A stretch of DNA of 64,000 bases from Minisyncoccota bacterium. Its GTDB lineage: Bacteria > Patescibacteriota > Minisyncoccia > Phycocordibacterales > PALSA-1337. Shown piece by piece: positions 19,769 through 28,781 of this stretch. Location of the stretch: positions 5,238 through 69,237 of the forward strand of contig JAGOVB010000001.1 in assembly GCA_018060945.1 (NCBI GenBank). Direction: 5' to 3'. A program made the translations under genes and the position numbers. Within the stretch, counting starts at the first letter, position 1. Each line of letters begins with the position of its first letter. A model generated the notes under the pieces. That model did no database searches and was not told the origin of the DNA. It was given only the letters and a program-made list of their open reading frames with translations.

Positions 19769-21492
19769 CATCACAAGAAATCCGTGCGAAATTCCTAGCA
19801 TTTTTTGAAAAAAGGGGACATGCGATCATCCCTTCGGCTCCACTCGTACCCGAAAACGATCCTTCTGTTCTATTCAATACTGCTGGTATGCAGCCTTTAG
19901 TTCCGTTTCTCATGGGGCGTGCTCATCCAAATGGCGACAAGATCGCTGACGTACAAAAATGTGTTCGAACAAATGATATTGAAGAAGTAGGCGACAACAC
20001 GCACCTTACTTTCTTTGAAATGCTTGGAAACTGGTCTTTGGGCGCATATTTTAAAGAAGATGCAATACAATGGAGTTACGAACTTCTTGTAGACGAGTTT
20101 AAACTTGATCCGCGTCGACTATATGTAACCTGTTTCGAGGGGGATGAGAACGCTCCGCAGGACACAGACTCAGCAACTATTTGGAAAAAGATGTTTGCAA
20201 GAGATGGTATCGGTGGTGAAAGAATATTTTTCCTTGGAGCACATGCGAACTGGTGGCCAGCAGTTAAAAAAGGTGAGGGAAGCTGGACTGGGCCGACTGG
20301 GCCGTGTACTGAAATGTTTTATGATGTAACAGGGTCACTCACGAACGGGCTTACAAAAGAAGAATTTTTGGCTGCAGATGAAAAACAGCAGGTTGTTGAG
20401 ATCTGGAATGACGTGTTCATGGAATACGTAAAAGATAATGGCAAAATAACAGGCAAACTAGAAAAGAAAAATGTTGATACTGGATCAGGACTTGAGAGAG
20501 TCACTGCAGTGATACAAGGTGTGCAGAGTGTATTTGATACAGATCTATTTAAACCTATTTTAGAAAAAATACAGTCGCTCTCAAGCACAAAAAATCAAAC
20601 TTCCGAACGCATCATCGCTGACCATATTCGTACTGCTGTATTTATGATTTCAGATGGAGTTACACCTTCAAACACAGACCAGGGGTATATTCTCCGACGG
20701 TTACTTCGACGTGCTATTCGCCACGCTGACATTTTGGGAATGGGGTCACTATCAAATCTCGTCGAGACAGTTATTACGACTTACAAAGGCGTCTATGATC
20801 TGAAAATCACTGACCAAATATCTGTAGAAGAAGAAAAATTTCGTAAAACACTTAAGGATGGTATAAAGCAGTTTGAAAAAGGCGAGGATCCTTTTATCCT
20901 TTTCTCAACGTACGGTTTCCCAATCGAGCTGACACTAGAACTAGCAAAAGAAAAAGCAATCGAAATAGACTTGGAAGATTTTAATAAAAAGATGAAAGCA
21001 CACCAAGACATCTCTCGAGCAGGCTCTGAACAAAAGTTCAAAGGAGGCCTTGCAGATACAAGCGAGCAATCTGTGCGATACCACACAGCTACTCATTTGT
21101 TACATTACGCTTTGCGAAAAGTACTTGGTGAGCACGTACAACAAAAGGGAAGCAACATCACTCCTGAACGACTTCGTTTTGATTTTGTACACCCGACAAA
21201 GATGACTGACGAAGAAAAGAAAAAAGTAGAAGATATTGTAAATGAAAAAATTCAGCAGGCGATCACTGTGGAAAACAAAATCATGTTAAAAGAAGAAGCT
21301 GTAAAAATTGGTGCCCTTCATTTCTTTAATGAAAAGTATCCTGACCAAGTTAGCGTTTATTTTATTGGAGATTCTATCGAATTTTGCGGAGGTCCTCATG
21401 TTAAAAATACAAAAGAGTTAGGTGTATTTAAAATTGCAAAAGAAGAAGCTGTATCCGCAGGTGTTCGTAGAATCAAAGCAATTCTTTCATGA
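19747..21492 (+). CDS. alaS: Alanyl-tRNA synthetase, short form lacking the C-Ala domain
   Basis: Class II catalytic core (FFEKRGHAIIPSAPLVP, FNTAGMQP, GNWSLGAYFK) and an editing domain with HTATHLLHYALRKVLG and CGGPHV. Only 581 aa versus about 870 typical. Confidence 0.85.
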   Translation: MVKYSQMTSQEIRAKFLAFFEKRGHAIIPSAPLVPENDPSVLFNTAGMQPLVPFLMGRAHPNGDKIADVQKCVRTNDIEEVGDNTHLTFFEMLGNWSLGAYFKEDAIQWSYELLVDEFKLDPRRLYVTCFEGDENAPQDTDSATIWKKMFARDGIGGERIFFLGAHANWWPAVKKGEGSWTGPTGPCTEMFYDVTGSLTNGLTKEEFLAADEKQQVVEIWNDVFMEYVKDNGKITGKLEKKNVDTGSGLERVTAVIQGVQSVFDTDLFKPILEKIQSLSSTKNQTSERIIADHIRTAVFMISDGVTPSNTDQGYILRRLLRRAIRHADILGMGSLSNLVETVITTYKGVYDLKITDQISVEEEKFRKTLKDGIKQFEKGEDPFILFSTYGFPIELTLELAKEKAIEIDLEDFNKKMKAHQDISRAGSEQKFKGGLADTSEQSVRYHTATHLLHYALRKVLGEHVQQKGSNITPERLRFDFVHPTKMTDEEKKKVEDIVNEKIQQAITVENKIMLKEEAVKIGALHFFNEKYPDQVSVYFIGDSIEFCGGPHVKNTKELGVFKIAKEEAVSAGVRRIKAILS

Positions 21493-21506
21493 TATAATTT
21501 AGAGGT

Positions 21507-22526
21507 ATGAAAGATTACCTCGTAATTGTGATTGATAGTTTTAGTGTACAAGTCATTTTGAATGGCAAAACTTCTCTGTACAAACGATTTGCTGTCCGAG
21601 AAAAGATCTCTAGCACGCATCTCGAGCATGTGATGATTGCAACGCTCACAAAGATCCTCCAAGACACCGTGAGACAGACATTGCGCGTCGACAAAATCCA
21701 CATAGTGCTTTCTTCTCCTTGGATTGTAAGTAAAACAAAAACTTCACGTTTTACCTATGCAAAGCCGCTCATGCTTGATCGTGAGTACTTAGATCAAACT
21801 ATCGAACAGGAACGTACAGCTTTTAAAAAGATATTTCCTTTTGATATAGAGTTTGTCGAGCAAAAAGTGTTTGAGACAAAGATAAACGGCTATACCGCAA
21901 AGCTGAAAAAGCCAGTACCAGCAATGTCTCTGGAGATAAGTGGTGCGATGAGTGCTATGTCAAAGACTGTATTGAAAAAGATCATGGATGTAACAGAACA
22001 TTTTTTCCATGGTGGAAAAGTGTCGTTTCATTCGTCTTTGATTTTGTCTTATATCAGTCTCCGCCACTTACAGCCAGAGCTTGAGAGTGGAGCCTTTGTA
22101 AACGTTCACGGAGAATGTACCGATGTCACTATATTTAAAAACTCAGTTCCGACACACTTTGCATCTACAAATTTTGGCTCCCACACACTCGTGCACACTG
22201 TTGCAAAAAGTATGAACACTTCAGAAGGTATAGCTGAATCAAAAATCACTCTCTTTGAAGATGGAGAGCTCAATACACAGGCGGAAGAGAAAGCTGCACC
22301 GCTCATTGAGCAAAAACTGGCAGAGTGGAGGGCTAGCCTCACCGAACTTATGGAGCAATTAGAGAAAAATACACCTCATGTTTTTGTTATCAACAGTGAT
22401 GTCTATGAAACCATATTCTCGAATACACTGAGAAACACATTTACAGATTCAACCGTTACCGCATTACCTGAAACAATCGATGCACTGTACAAAGCGGGAA
22501 TCGAACTTGTAGAATTTCACAAATAG
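21507..22526 (+). CDS. Hypothetical protein (possible ASKHA/Ppx-GppA-like fold, speculative)
   Basis: N-terminal YLVIVIDSFSVQVIL and a mid-protein VNVHGECTDVTIF loosely resemble the phosphate-1/2 motifs of actin-like ATPases. Not conclusive. Confidence 0.35.
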   Translation: MKDYLVIVIDSFSVQVILNGKTSLYKRFAVREKISSTHLEHVMIATLTKILQDTVRQTLRVDKIHIVLSSPWIVSKTKTSRFTYAKPLMLDREYLDQTIEQERTAFKKIFPFDIEFVEQKVFETKINGYTAKLKKPVPAMSLEISGAMSAMSKTVLKKIMDVTEHFFHGGKVSFHSSLILSYISLRHLQPELESGAFVNVHGECTDVTIFKNSVPTHFASTNFGSHTLVHTVAKSMNTSEGIAESKITLFEDGELNTQAEEKAAPLIEQKLAEWRASLTELMEQLEKNTPHVFVINSDVYETIFSNTLRNTFTDSTVTALPETIDALYKAGIELVEFHK

Positions 22527-22551
22527 TATGCTATAATTTCTGAATAAGCAC

Positions 22552-23835
22552 ATGGAACGAGAAAGAGAATATAAGATGAGTGACGTGGTATCACCGAGCA
22601 CCTCTCGGACAATTCGACGTATACCGATAAACCGCAAGCAGCTAGAACGTGAAGTAGAAGAAGAGCCTGTAGAAGAATACGTTCGTCCTCGCAGAACTAC
22701 TTCTCACCGCAGTGCGCCTCCAAAAGGTAGTAGTTTGTTTACAAAAATTACCCTCGTTGCAGTAGTACTCATCTCTATCGTTGCCATCGCAGCCGCTATA
22801 TCTCTTGCGTATTCAAAGGGAACACTCAGTATTGAACCTAAAAAGATAGAAACATCTATAAATATCGCTTTCGCTGCAAATCCTTCTGGTGATTCGCTCA
22901 CCTATTCTACGATCACCTCTTCTGATACATCTATGGAAGTAGTGGCAGCAAAACCTGGTAGTTTTTATCAAAGCAAAGCTCGCGGCAACGCAACTGTGAC
23001 AAACGGTAGCACCGAGGAGCAGCAACTTGTTATCAATACTCGCCTCGAAACTACTGAGGGCAAAATATACCGTCTTACAAAGCCTATAGTGATCCCTGCA
23101 GGGAAGAAAGTCAGCGTACCTATTGTAGCCGACGAGAGTGGAGCTGATTGGAATATCACAAAGGCAGCGGCTGGAAAGCTTCGAATACCCGGATTTAAGG
23201 GAAGTAAAAAGTACGAGCAATTTTTTGCTGAGCTTGATGACGATGTTATTGGTGGTTTTTCAGGTACTAAAAATGTAGTGGACGAAAAAGTTTTGAAAGA
23301 AACTCGCGATCGTTTGGTATCTTCTGTTACCGAACTTGTTAAAGCAAAACTAAAGGCACAGGTAGATTCTAATTCTGTCTATTTTGACTCACTTACCATA
23401 ATTACTATTGAGGACCTCCCACAGATTGCAAAAGGTGGCAACCAAAGCCAAATCGCAGTAAAGGGAAGTGGTCTAGCTTATGTGTTTGACCGAACTGCAC
23501 TCACAAAGACATTGGGTGCAAACGAAGTAAAAAAACTTGGTTCTGATTCTTTCAAAGCATTGGGTATAGAAAAAGTAAATATTACTTCAAAGACACCCCT
23601 AAAATACAGCTCTACAGCCGCACTTAGCCTTACAGCTGTGGGTAACATCACTATTGTCGGTAACGTGCCTGTGGAGACCTTAAAAAAGGAATTAGTCGGC
23701 ATAAAAGTGGCTGATTTAAACAATATTCTCAAGAAATACGACGGTATTAGCAAAGCTAGCGCAAAGATCTCACCATTCTGGAAAAAAGCCTTTCCTGCTA
23801 GTTCTGAGCGTATTTATGTCGATGTTAGCGAATAA
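22552..23835 (+). CDS. Membrane-anchored hypothetical protein
   Basis: Basic N-terminus, one TM helix (ITLVAVVLISIVAIAAAISLAY), then a large extracytoplasmic domain. Alternative start at the ATG at 22576. Confidence 0.4.
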   Translation: MEREREYKMSDVVSPSTSRTIRRIPINRKQLEREVEEEPVEEYVRPRRTTSHRSAPPKGSSLFTKITLVAVVLISIVAIAAAISLAYSKGTLSIEPKKIETSINIAFAANPSGDSLTYSTITSSDTSMEVVAAKPGSFYQSKARGNATVTNGSTEEQQLVINTRLETTEGKIYRLTKPIVIPAGKKVSVPIVADESGADWNITKAAAGKLRIPGFKGSKKYEQFFAELDDDVIGGFSGTKNVVDEKVLKETRDRLVSSVTELVKAKLKAQVDSNSVYFDSLTIITIEDLPQIAKGGNQSQIAVKGSGLAYVFDRTALTKTLGANEVKKLGSDSFKALGIEKVNITSKTPLKYSSTAALSLTAVGNITIVGNVPVETLKKELVGIKVADLNNILKKYDGISKASAKISPFWKKAFPASSERIYVDVSE

Positions 23836-23889
23836 TGATATTGCAATATAAGCATATCTCTGCTAGTATATCGAAACGCGCATTTACGA

Positions 23890-24117
23890 ATGGATGTAAC
23901 CCCAAACAACAAAGCAAGTACCCAAGCTACAGGAGTAGTTATTGAAGCCTTGCCAAATACTTTGTTTAAGGTGACGCTGAGTGGTAGTGATACCACTGTC
24001 CTCGCTTACTTAGCAGGAAAAATGCGAATGCATCACATTCGAGTATTGATCGGAGACAAGGTAGAACTTGAACTCGATCCATACGGAGGCAGAGCACGTA
24101 TTACAAAAAGACTTTAA
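23890..24117 (+). CDS. infA: Translation initiation factor IF-1
   Basis: S1-like OB fold: [16 protein letters not shown]...[34 protein letters not shown]. Confidence 0.85.
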   Translation: MDVTPNNKASTQATGVVIEALPNTLFKVTLSGSDTTVLAYLAGKMRMHHIRVLIGDKVELELDPYGGRARITKRL

Positions 24118-24132
24118 TCGATTTTTATTATA

Positions 24133-24249
24133 ATGAAAGTTCGAGCGTCAGTTAAAAAAGTATGTGAAAAATGTAGCGTAGTTCGCCGAAAGGGCTACGT
24201 CTATGTTGTCTGCAAGGGAAACCCTCGACATAAACAACGACAAGGCTAA
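24133..24249 (+). CDS. rpmJ: 50S ribosomal protein L36
   Basis: 38 aa [38 protein letters not shown] with a CxxC...C...H zinc ribbon. Absent from the ORF track because it is under 60 aa. Confidence 0.85.
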   Translation: MKVRASVKKVCEKCSVVRRKGYVYVVCKGNPRHKQRQG

Positions 24250-24260
24250 ATTTTAATCAT

Positions 24261-24641
24261 ATGCGTATACTTGGTATTACAATTCCTGAAAACAAACGAC
24301 TTGAGATTGCACTCACTACTCTATATGGTGTAGGACGATCACGAGCACAATACATTTTGACAACAGCAGGCATCGATTTTGGTGCAAAAGCAAAAGACCT
24401 GACAACTGAACAAGAAAATGCAGTTCGAAAGATTTTTGAAGGATACAAAATAGAAGGTGACCTCAAGCGAGAGATCGGAGCAAACATCAAACGCCTCAAA
24501 GACATCAAAACATACAGAGGTAGCCGACACGCAAAGCGTCTCCCAGCTCGAGGGCAGCGAACAAAGACAAACTCTCGAACTCTTCGAGGAAACGTTCGAA
24601 AGACGATGGGATCAGGACGTAAAAAGGAAGATAAGAAGTAA
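24261..24641 (+). CDS. rpsM: 30S ribosomal protein S13
   Basis: MRILGITIPENKRLEIALTTLYGVGRSRA... is canonical S13. Confidence 0.9.
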   Translation: MRILGITIPENKRLEIALTTLYGVGRSRAQYILTTAGIDFGAKAKDLTTEQENAVRKIFEGYKIEGDLKREIGANIKRLKDIKTYRGSRHAKRLPARGQRTKTNSRTLRGNVRKTMGSGRKKEDKK

Positions 24642-24646
24642 TTTAT

Positions 24647-25069
24647 ATGGCTAAAAAAACCGAAACAACAACAGAAAAGAAAGTTGAAGCAAAGCCTGCA
24701 GTACAGGTATCTTCTAAAAAGCGACTTGATAGTGGCATACTTTTTGTTCAGTCTACCTACAACAACACAAAAGTAATGCTTGCTGATATGTCTGGAAATG
24801 CTGTAATGTGGTCAACTGCTGGAGCACTTGGCTTCAAAGGTGCAAAGAAAGGTACTCCATTCGCAGCTGCAAAGATTGGTGAAGCGCTCGCTGTAAAGGC
24901 TGCCCTTATCGGTCTCAAAGAAGTTGCTGTTGTTGTTAAAGGAGTAGGTTCTGGACGAGAATCTGCCATCCGAGGCTTTACTTCAAAAGGAATCAATATT
25001 TCAAGCATCAAGGATGAAACACCTGTACCTCATAACGGACCGAAGCCTAAAAAGCCACGTCGAGTATAA
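24647..25069 (+). CDS. rpsK: 30S ribosomal protein S11
   Basis: VQSTYNNTKVMLADMSGNAVMWSTAGALGFKGAKKGTPFAA is the S11 signature. Confidence 0.9.
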   Translation: MAKKTETTTEKKVEAKPAVQVSSKKRLDSGILFVQSTYNNTKVMLADMSGNAVMWSTAGALGFKGAKKGTPFAAAKIGEALAVKAALIGLKEVAVVVKGVGSGRESAIRGFTSKGINISSIKDETPVPHNGPKPKKPRRV

Positions 25070-25078
25070 TAAAAATAT

Positions 25079-25684
25079 ATGAAAATCGGACCAAAATACA
25101 AAATTGCACGAAGACTAGGAGCTCCAATATTTGAGAAAACTCAAACACAAAAGTTCGCGCTTCGAAATGCAAAAAAACTAGAGAACAATCCTCGACCACG
25201 ATCAAAGTCAGACTTCGGACTTGGTATGATCGAAAAGCAGAAAGCTCGATACACCTATGGAGTAAACGAACGCCAGTTCTCAAACTACGTAAAAGCTGCA
25301 CTTTTGAAAAAAGGAAACACTGGAGAACTTCTCATCTCTTCACTCGAAAGCCGACTCGACAGCGTGGTATTGCGCGCTGGGTTTGCAAGTACCCGACGGG
25401 CTGCACGACAGATGACTTCACACGGACACATAACTGTAAATGGCAAGATCGTCCGTGTTCCATCACTTTCAGTAAAGGTTGGCGATATCATCGGTATTCG
25501 AGAGGGAAGCAAAATCAAACCGCTCTTTGCTACATTGGAAGAGCGTTTAAAGACAGTAAAGCTACCTGCATGGCTAAAGCTTAATTTTGATAAAAAAGAG
25601 GTAACTATAGATGGTAAGCCTGTTGCACAAAATTCAGATCTTCTCTTCAATGTGGCGACTGTGCTCGAATTCTATACACGATAA
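25079..25684 (+). CDS. rpsD: 30S ribosomal protein S4
   Basis: N-terminal KIARRLG...S4 fold and a C-terminal S4 RNA-binding domain (RLDSVVLRAGFASTRRAARQMTSHGHITVNGK). Confidence 0.9.
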   Translation: MKIGPKYKIARRLGAPIFEKTQTQKFALRNAKKLENNPRPRSKSDFGLGMIEKQKARYTYGVNERQFSNYVKAALLKKGNTGELLISSLESRLDSVVLRAGFASTRRAARQMTSHGHITVNGKIVRVPSLSVKVGDIIGIREGSKIKPLFATLEERLKTVKLPAWLKLNFDKKEVTIDGKPVAQNSDLLFNVATVLEFYTR

Positions 25685-25752
25685 TTTGCAAAATATTAGA
25701 AAGTAGTGTACAATGTTTCGACTGATTTAATAATGTTAACTAGCTAAAAAAT

Positions 25753-26715
25753 ATGTCTCTTACCAACGTCGTTGTGCCATCAAAACCGAAAATCGTTAAA
25801 GAAGAAGGTTTTATGGGAATATATGAAATTGACGGGCTCTACCCAGGCTACGGTCATACGCTCGGAAACTCACTCCGACGTATCATTTTGTCATCTATCC
25901 CAGGTGCAGCTATCACAAAAGTAAAAATCGCAGGTGTAGAGCATGAGTTTTCTACTATAGAGGGTGTAAAAGAAGACGTTATCAACGTACTTTTGAACCT
26001 CAAGCGACTCCGCCTCAAAGTAACTGGTGATGAGCCACAAACTATTTTCATAAAAGCAAAAGGGGCAAAGAGCCTTACCGGAAAGGATGTAGAAGTTCCT
26101 GGACAAGTAGAAGTTTTGAATCCTGAACTGCACATTGCAGAGCTTACAAGCAAGACTGCAGAGCTTGATATCGAGGCAACTGTTCAGCAAGGACTTGGAT
26201 ATGTTCCAAAAGAAGTGATCGAAAAAGAGCGAGTTGAGATCGGAGCCATTTCTCTCGATGCAATCTTTACTCCTATCCGACGAGTAAACTACGAAGTAGA
26301 AAACATGCGAGTTGGAGATCGAACAGATTTCAACCGACTCCGTATCTCTATCGAAACAGACGGAACTCTTACTCCAAAGGAAGCACTTGAGCAGTCAATC
26401 ACCACTATGATCATGCAGCTCAAAGCTATCGTTGGTTTCCGTGAGGAAGAGGAGATTCCTGCAACTCCTGTGAAGGAGAGCGAGGGAGATATTTCTTCTA
26501 AAAAGGAAATCGATGTTGAATTCCTCAAAACACGCATCGATGATATTGGACTTTCAGCTCGTACTGTAAAGGCATTGACTGCTGCAAACATCCGCACAGT
26601 TGGTGGCCTTGCACGAAAGAAAGAAGCTGATATTCTAGATGTCGAAGGTCTTGGAAGCAAAGGAATTCAGGAAATCAAGAAGACACTCAGTAACTACGGA
26701 ATTACCCTAAAATAA
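25753..26715 (+). CDS. rpoA: DNA-directed RNA polymerase alpha subunit
   Basis: N-terminal domain GYGHTLGNSLRRIILSSIPGAAIT. C-terminal alpha-CTD helix-hairpin-helix (LSARTVKALTAANIRTVGGL). Confidence 0.9.
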   Translation: MSLTNVVVPSKPKIVKEEGFMGIYEIDGLYPGYGHTLGNSLRRIILSSIPGAAITKVKIAGVEHEFSTIEGVKEDVINVLLNLKRLRLKVTGDEPQTIFIKAKGAKSLTGKDVEVPGQVEVLNPELHIAELTSKTAELDIEATVQQGLGYVPKEVIEKERVEIGAISLDAIFTPIRRVNYEVENMRVGDRTDFNRLRISIETDGTLTPKEALEQSITTMIMQLKAIVGFREEEEIPATPVKESEGDISSKKEIDVEFLKTRIDDIGLSARTVKALTAANIRTVGGLARKKEADILDVEGLGSKGIQEIKKTLSNYGITLK

Positions 26716-26716
26716 T

Positions 26717-27067
26717 ATGCGACATCATTCGAACAAACGAAAATTTGGTAGAGAACAAGGACAGCGAAATGCTTTGATGAAAAGCCTTGCGATTTCTCTT
26801 GTAAAACACGAAAAGATCGAGACAACTCTTGCAAAAGCAAAGGAACTTCGACCATACGCAGAAAAGCTTGTCACCCGAGCAAAGTCTGATACTATTGCAT
26901 CACGACGACTTTTGATTTCACGAACAGGAAATGAGCTAGCAGCAAAAAAGCTAGTTGAAACTCTCGCTCCAAAGTACAAGACTCGAAACGGAGGCTATAC
27001 TCGTATCGTAAAAACTGGTCGACGACTAAAAGACGGTAGTAACATGGCCGTAATAGAATTTGTATAA
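26717..27067 (+). CDS. rplQ: 50S ribosomal protein L17
   Basis: MRHHSNKRKFGREQGQRNALMKSL...TGRRLKDGSNMAVIEFV is canonical L17. Confidence 0.9.
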   Translation: MRHHSNKRKFGREQGQRNALMKSLAISLVKHEKIETTLAKAKELRPYAEKLVTRAKSDTIASRRLLISRTGNELAAKKLVETLAPKYKTRNGGYTRIVKTGRRLKDGSNMAVIEFV

Positions 27068-27413
27068 TTATATGATTACCATCGACGCAACAGGAAAAAA
27101 ATTAGGACGAGTAGCAAGTGAAGCTGCTTCTTACCTCATGGGTAAAAAGTCAGTCGCTTTTGCACGCAACAAAGTCACTGATGTAAAAGTCAGCATTACA
27201 AACACTTCAAAGGCTGATATCAATGAAAAGAAACTTAACTCAACTGAGTACGTTACATTCACTGGTTTCCGAGGCGGTATTTACTCAGAAAAAATGAGTG
27301 AAATCGTTGCAAAGAAAGGATTTAAAGAAGTTTTTGAACGAGCAGTCTACGGCATGCTCCCAAAAAACAAGCTTACAAAAGGTATGATGAAAAATCTAAA
27401 CATCACCGAATAA
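27060..27413 (+). CDS. rplM: 50S ribosomal protein L13
   Basis: IDATGKKLGRVASEAASYLMGK... matches L13. An alternative start is the ATG at 27072. Confidence 0.85.
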   Translation: MYNYMITIDATGKKLGRVASEAASYLMGKKSVAFARNKVTDVKVSITNTSKADINEKKLNSTEYVTFTGFRGGIYSEKMSEIVAKKGFKEVFERAVYGMLPKNKLTKGMMKNLNITE

Positions 27414-27414
27414 T

Positions 27415-27822
27415 ATGGAAAAGAAAATTTCAGACAAATACATAGAAACTATTGGACGACGAAAGACTGCTACAGCTCGAGTTCGCATGACTCCGGCTTC
27501 AAAGACTTCGTATGTTATCAACGACAAGGAACTTGCTGCATATTTTCCTACAAAGCAATTGCAAGATACTGTAACCTCAGCTATCACTGACTCAAAGACA
27601 GTTGAAAAATTCAAGGTTACTGTAGTCACAAAGGGAGGAGGAGTGGCTGGACAGGCTATCGCAGTACGTCACGGTATCGCACGAGGACTCAACGAGTTCG
27701 ATGCACTACTCCGACCAGTACTCAAGAAGGCTGGATTCCTCAAACGAGATCCGCGAGCAAAAGAACGACGCAAGTTCGGTCTCAAGAAAGCTCGAAAGGC
27801 TCCTCAGTGGTCAAAGCGCTAA
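27415..27822 (+). CDS. rpsI: 30S ribosomal protein S9
   Basis: GRRKTATARVRM...GGGVAGQAIAVRHGIARGL...KFGLKKARKAPQWSKR is canonical S9. Confidence 0.9.
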   Translation: MEKKISDKYIETIGRRKTATARVRMTPASKTSYVINDKELAAYFPTKQLQDTVTSAITDSKTVEKFKVTVVTKGGGVAGQAIAVRHGIARGLNEFDALLRPVLKKAGFLKRDPRAKERRKFGLKKARKAPQWSKR

Positions 27823-27861
27823 CCCTTCGGTCCAAAGAAGGCTACCTAGATTAAAGAATGA

Positions 27862-27895
27862 ATACGGAAAGACACCCGACACCATCGGGTGTCTT
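27862..27895 (+). terminator. Rho-independent terminator after rpsI
   Basis: GACACCCGA-CACCA-TCGGGTGTC 9 bp stem followed by TTTTCTATTTT. Confidence 0.8.
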
Positions 27896-28162
27896 TTCTA
27901 TTTTGTGGTCAGTAAATCGACCACAGATCACTTGGCTTAGCCAGAGATGATTGCGGTCGGCTTACTGCCGGTCGTGGCAGTACGGTCCAATTATCAGCTA
28001 ATAAACGTGATCTATGAATACATATACACCCATAAGGCGGCTCTACGCCTGGGTCGGATTCATTACCTTGGTCTTTCTGGCGACTAAGGCGATTATCTGG
28101 CTCTTTGTAGCGCATCAAGTCCTTGCACTGTACGGGTATTGAGTTAGCTCATCTCACCCACT

Positions 28163-28702
28163 ATGCAAGAAGAAAAAAAGCAAAACTTGATACCCAATAG
28201 TACGCAGGTCCCAAACTTGATTCTGGATTTGCTGATCCCTCAAATTCCTGAGGGAGAAGCGCGCTGTCTTTTATACATCTGCCGCCGGACATTCGGTTTT
28301 CATAAGGAAGAAGACAATATCAGTTTTACACAATTTCAAAACGGCATCAGAACAAGCCAGGGAAGATTACTCGACTTGGGTACAGGAATGTCTCGACCAG
28401 CGGTTAATAACGCACTCCAAAACTTAAAAAAAGCGGAGGTAATTTTCGTGCAAAAAAGATCGATGGGGAATCGATACCGACTCAATCTCGAAATAGATGT
28501 GGATAAAGTAGTAAACGTAATTAACCAGTTAAGAAAGTTAACCGGAAGTGGTAAACGAAGATTACCAAAAGTGGTTAACGAAGTTAACACACAAAACCTA
28601 GTGAAAAAAGAGAAACCTAGTATTAGGGACCCTATGAATAAGTTATCCACAGAAATGAGGAATCTCACTGAAAAGATGACCATTAATCGCTTTAAGCATT
28701 AA
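28163..28702 (+). CDS. Replication-initiator-like wHTH protein (RepA_N / DnaD-like)
   Basis: PNLILDLLIPQIPEGEARCLLYICRRTFGF...ISFTQFQNGIRTSQGRLLDLGTGMSRPAVNNALQNLKKAEVIFVQKRSMGNRYRLNL follows the RepA_N / phage replisome-organiser N-terminal pattern. Confidence 0.5.
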   Translation: MQEEKKQNLIPNSTQVPNLILDLLIPQIPEGEARCLLYICRRTFGFHKEEDNISFTQFQNGIRTSQGRLLDLGTGMSRPAVNNALQNLKKAEVIFVQKRSMGNRYRLNLEIDVDKVVNVINQLRKLTGSGKRRLPKVVNEVNTQNLVKKEKPSIRDPMNKLSTEMRNLTEKMTINRFKH

Positions 28703-28781
28703 CAACAAAAATGAACACAAACATAAATACAAAATGCGCTTTGAAAGGTCGAAATTATCAATCAGTAATAATCAGCAACTA

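Noticed and set aside
27909-28118. 69 aa minus-strand ORF in the phage-junction intergenic region.
   Set aside because: Pro/Arg/Ser-rich low-complexity translation, opposite to the universal strand bias, overlaps hairpins. Judged unlikely to be coding.
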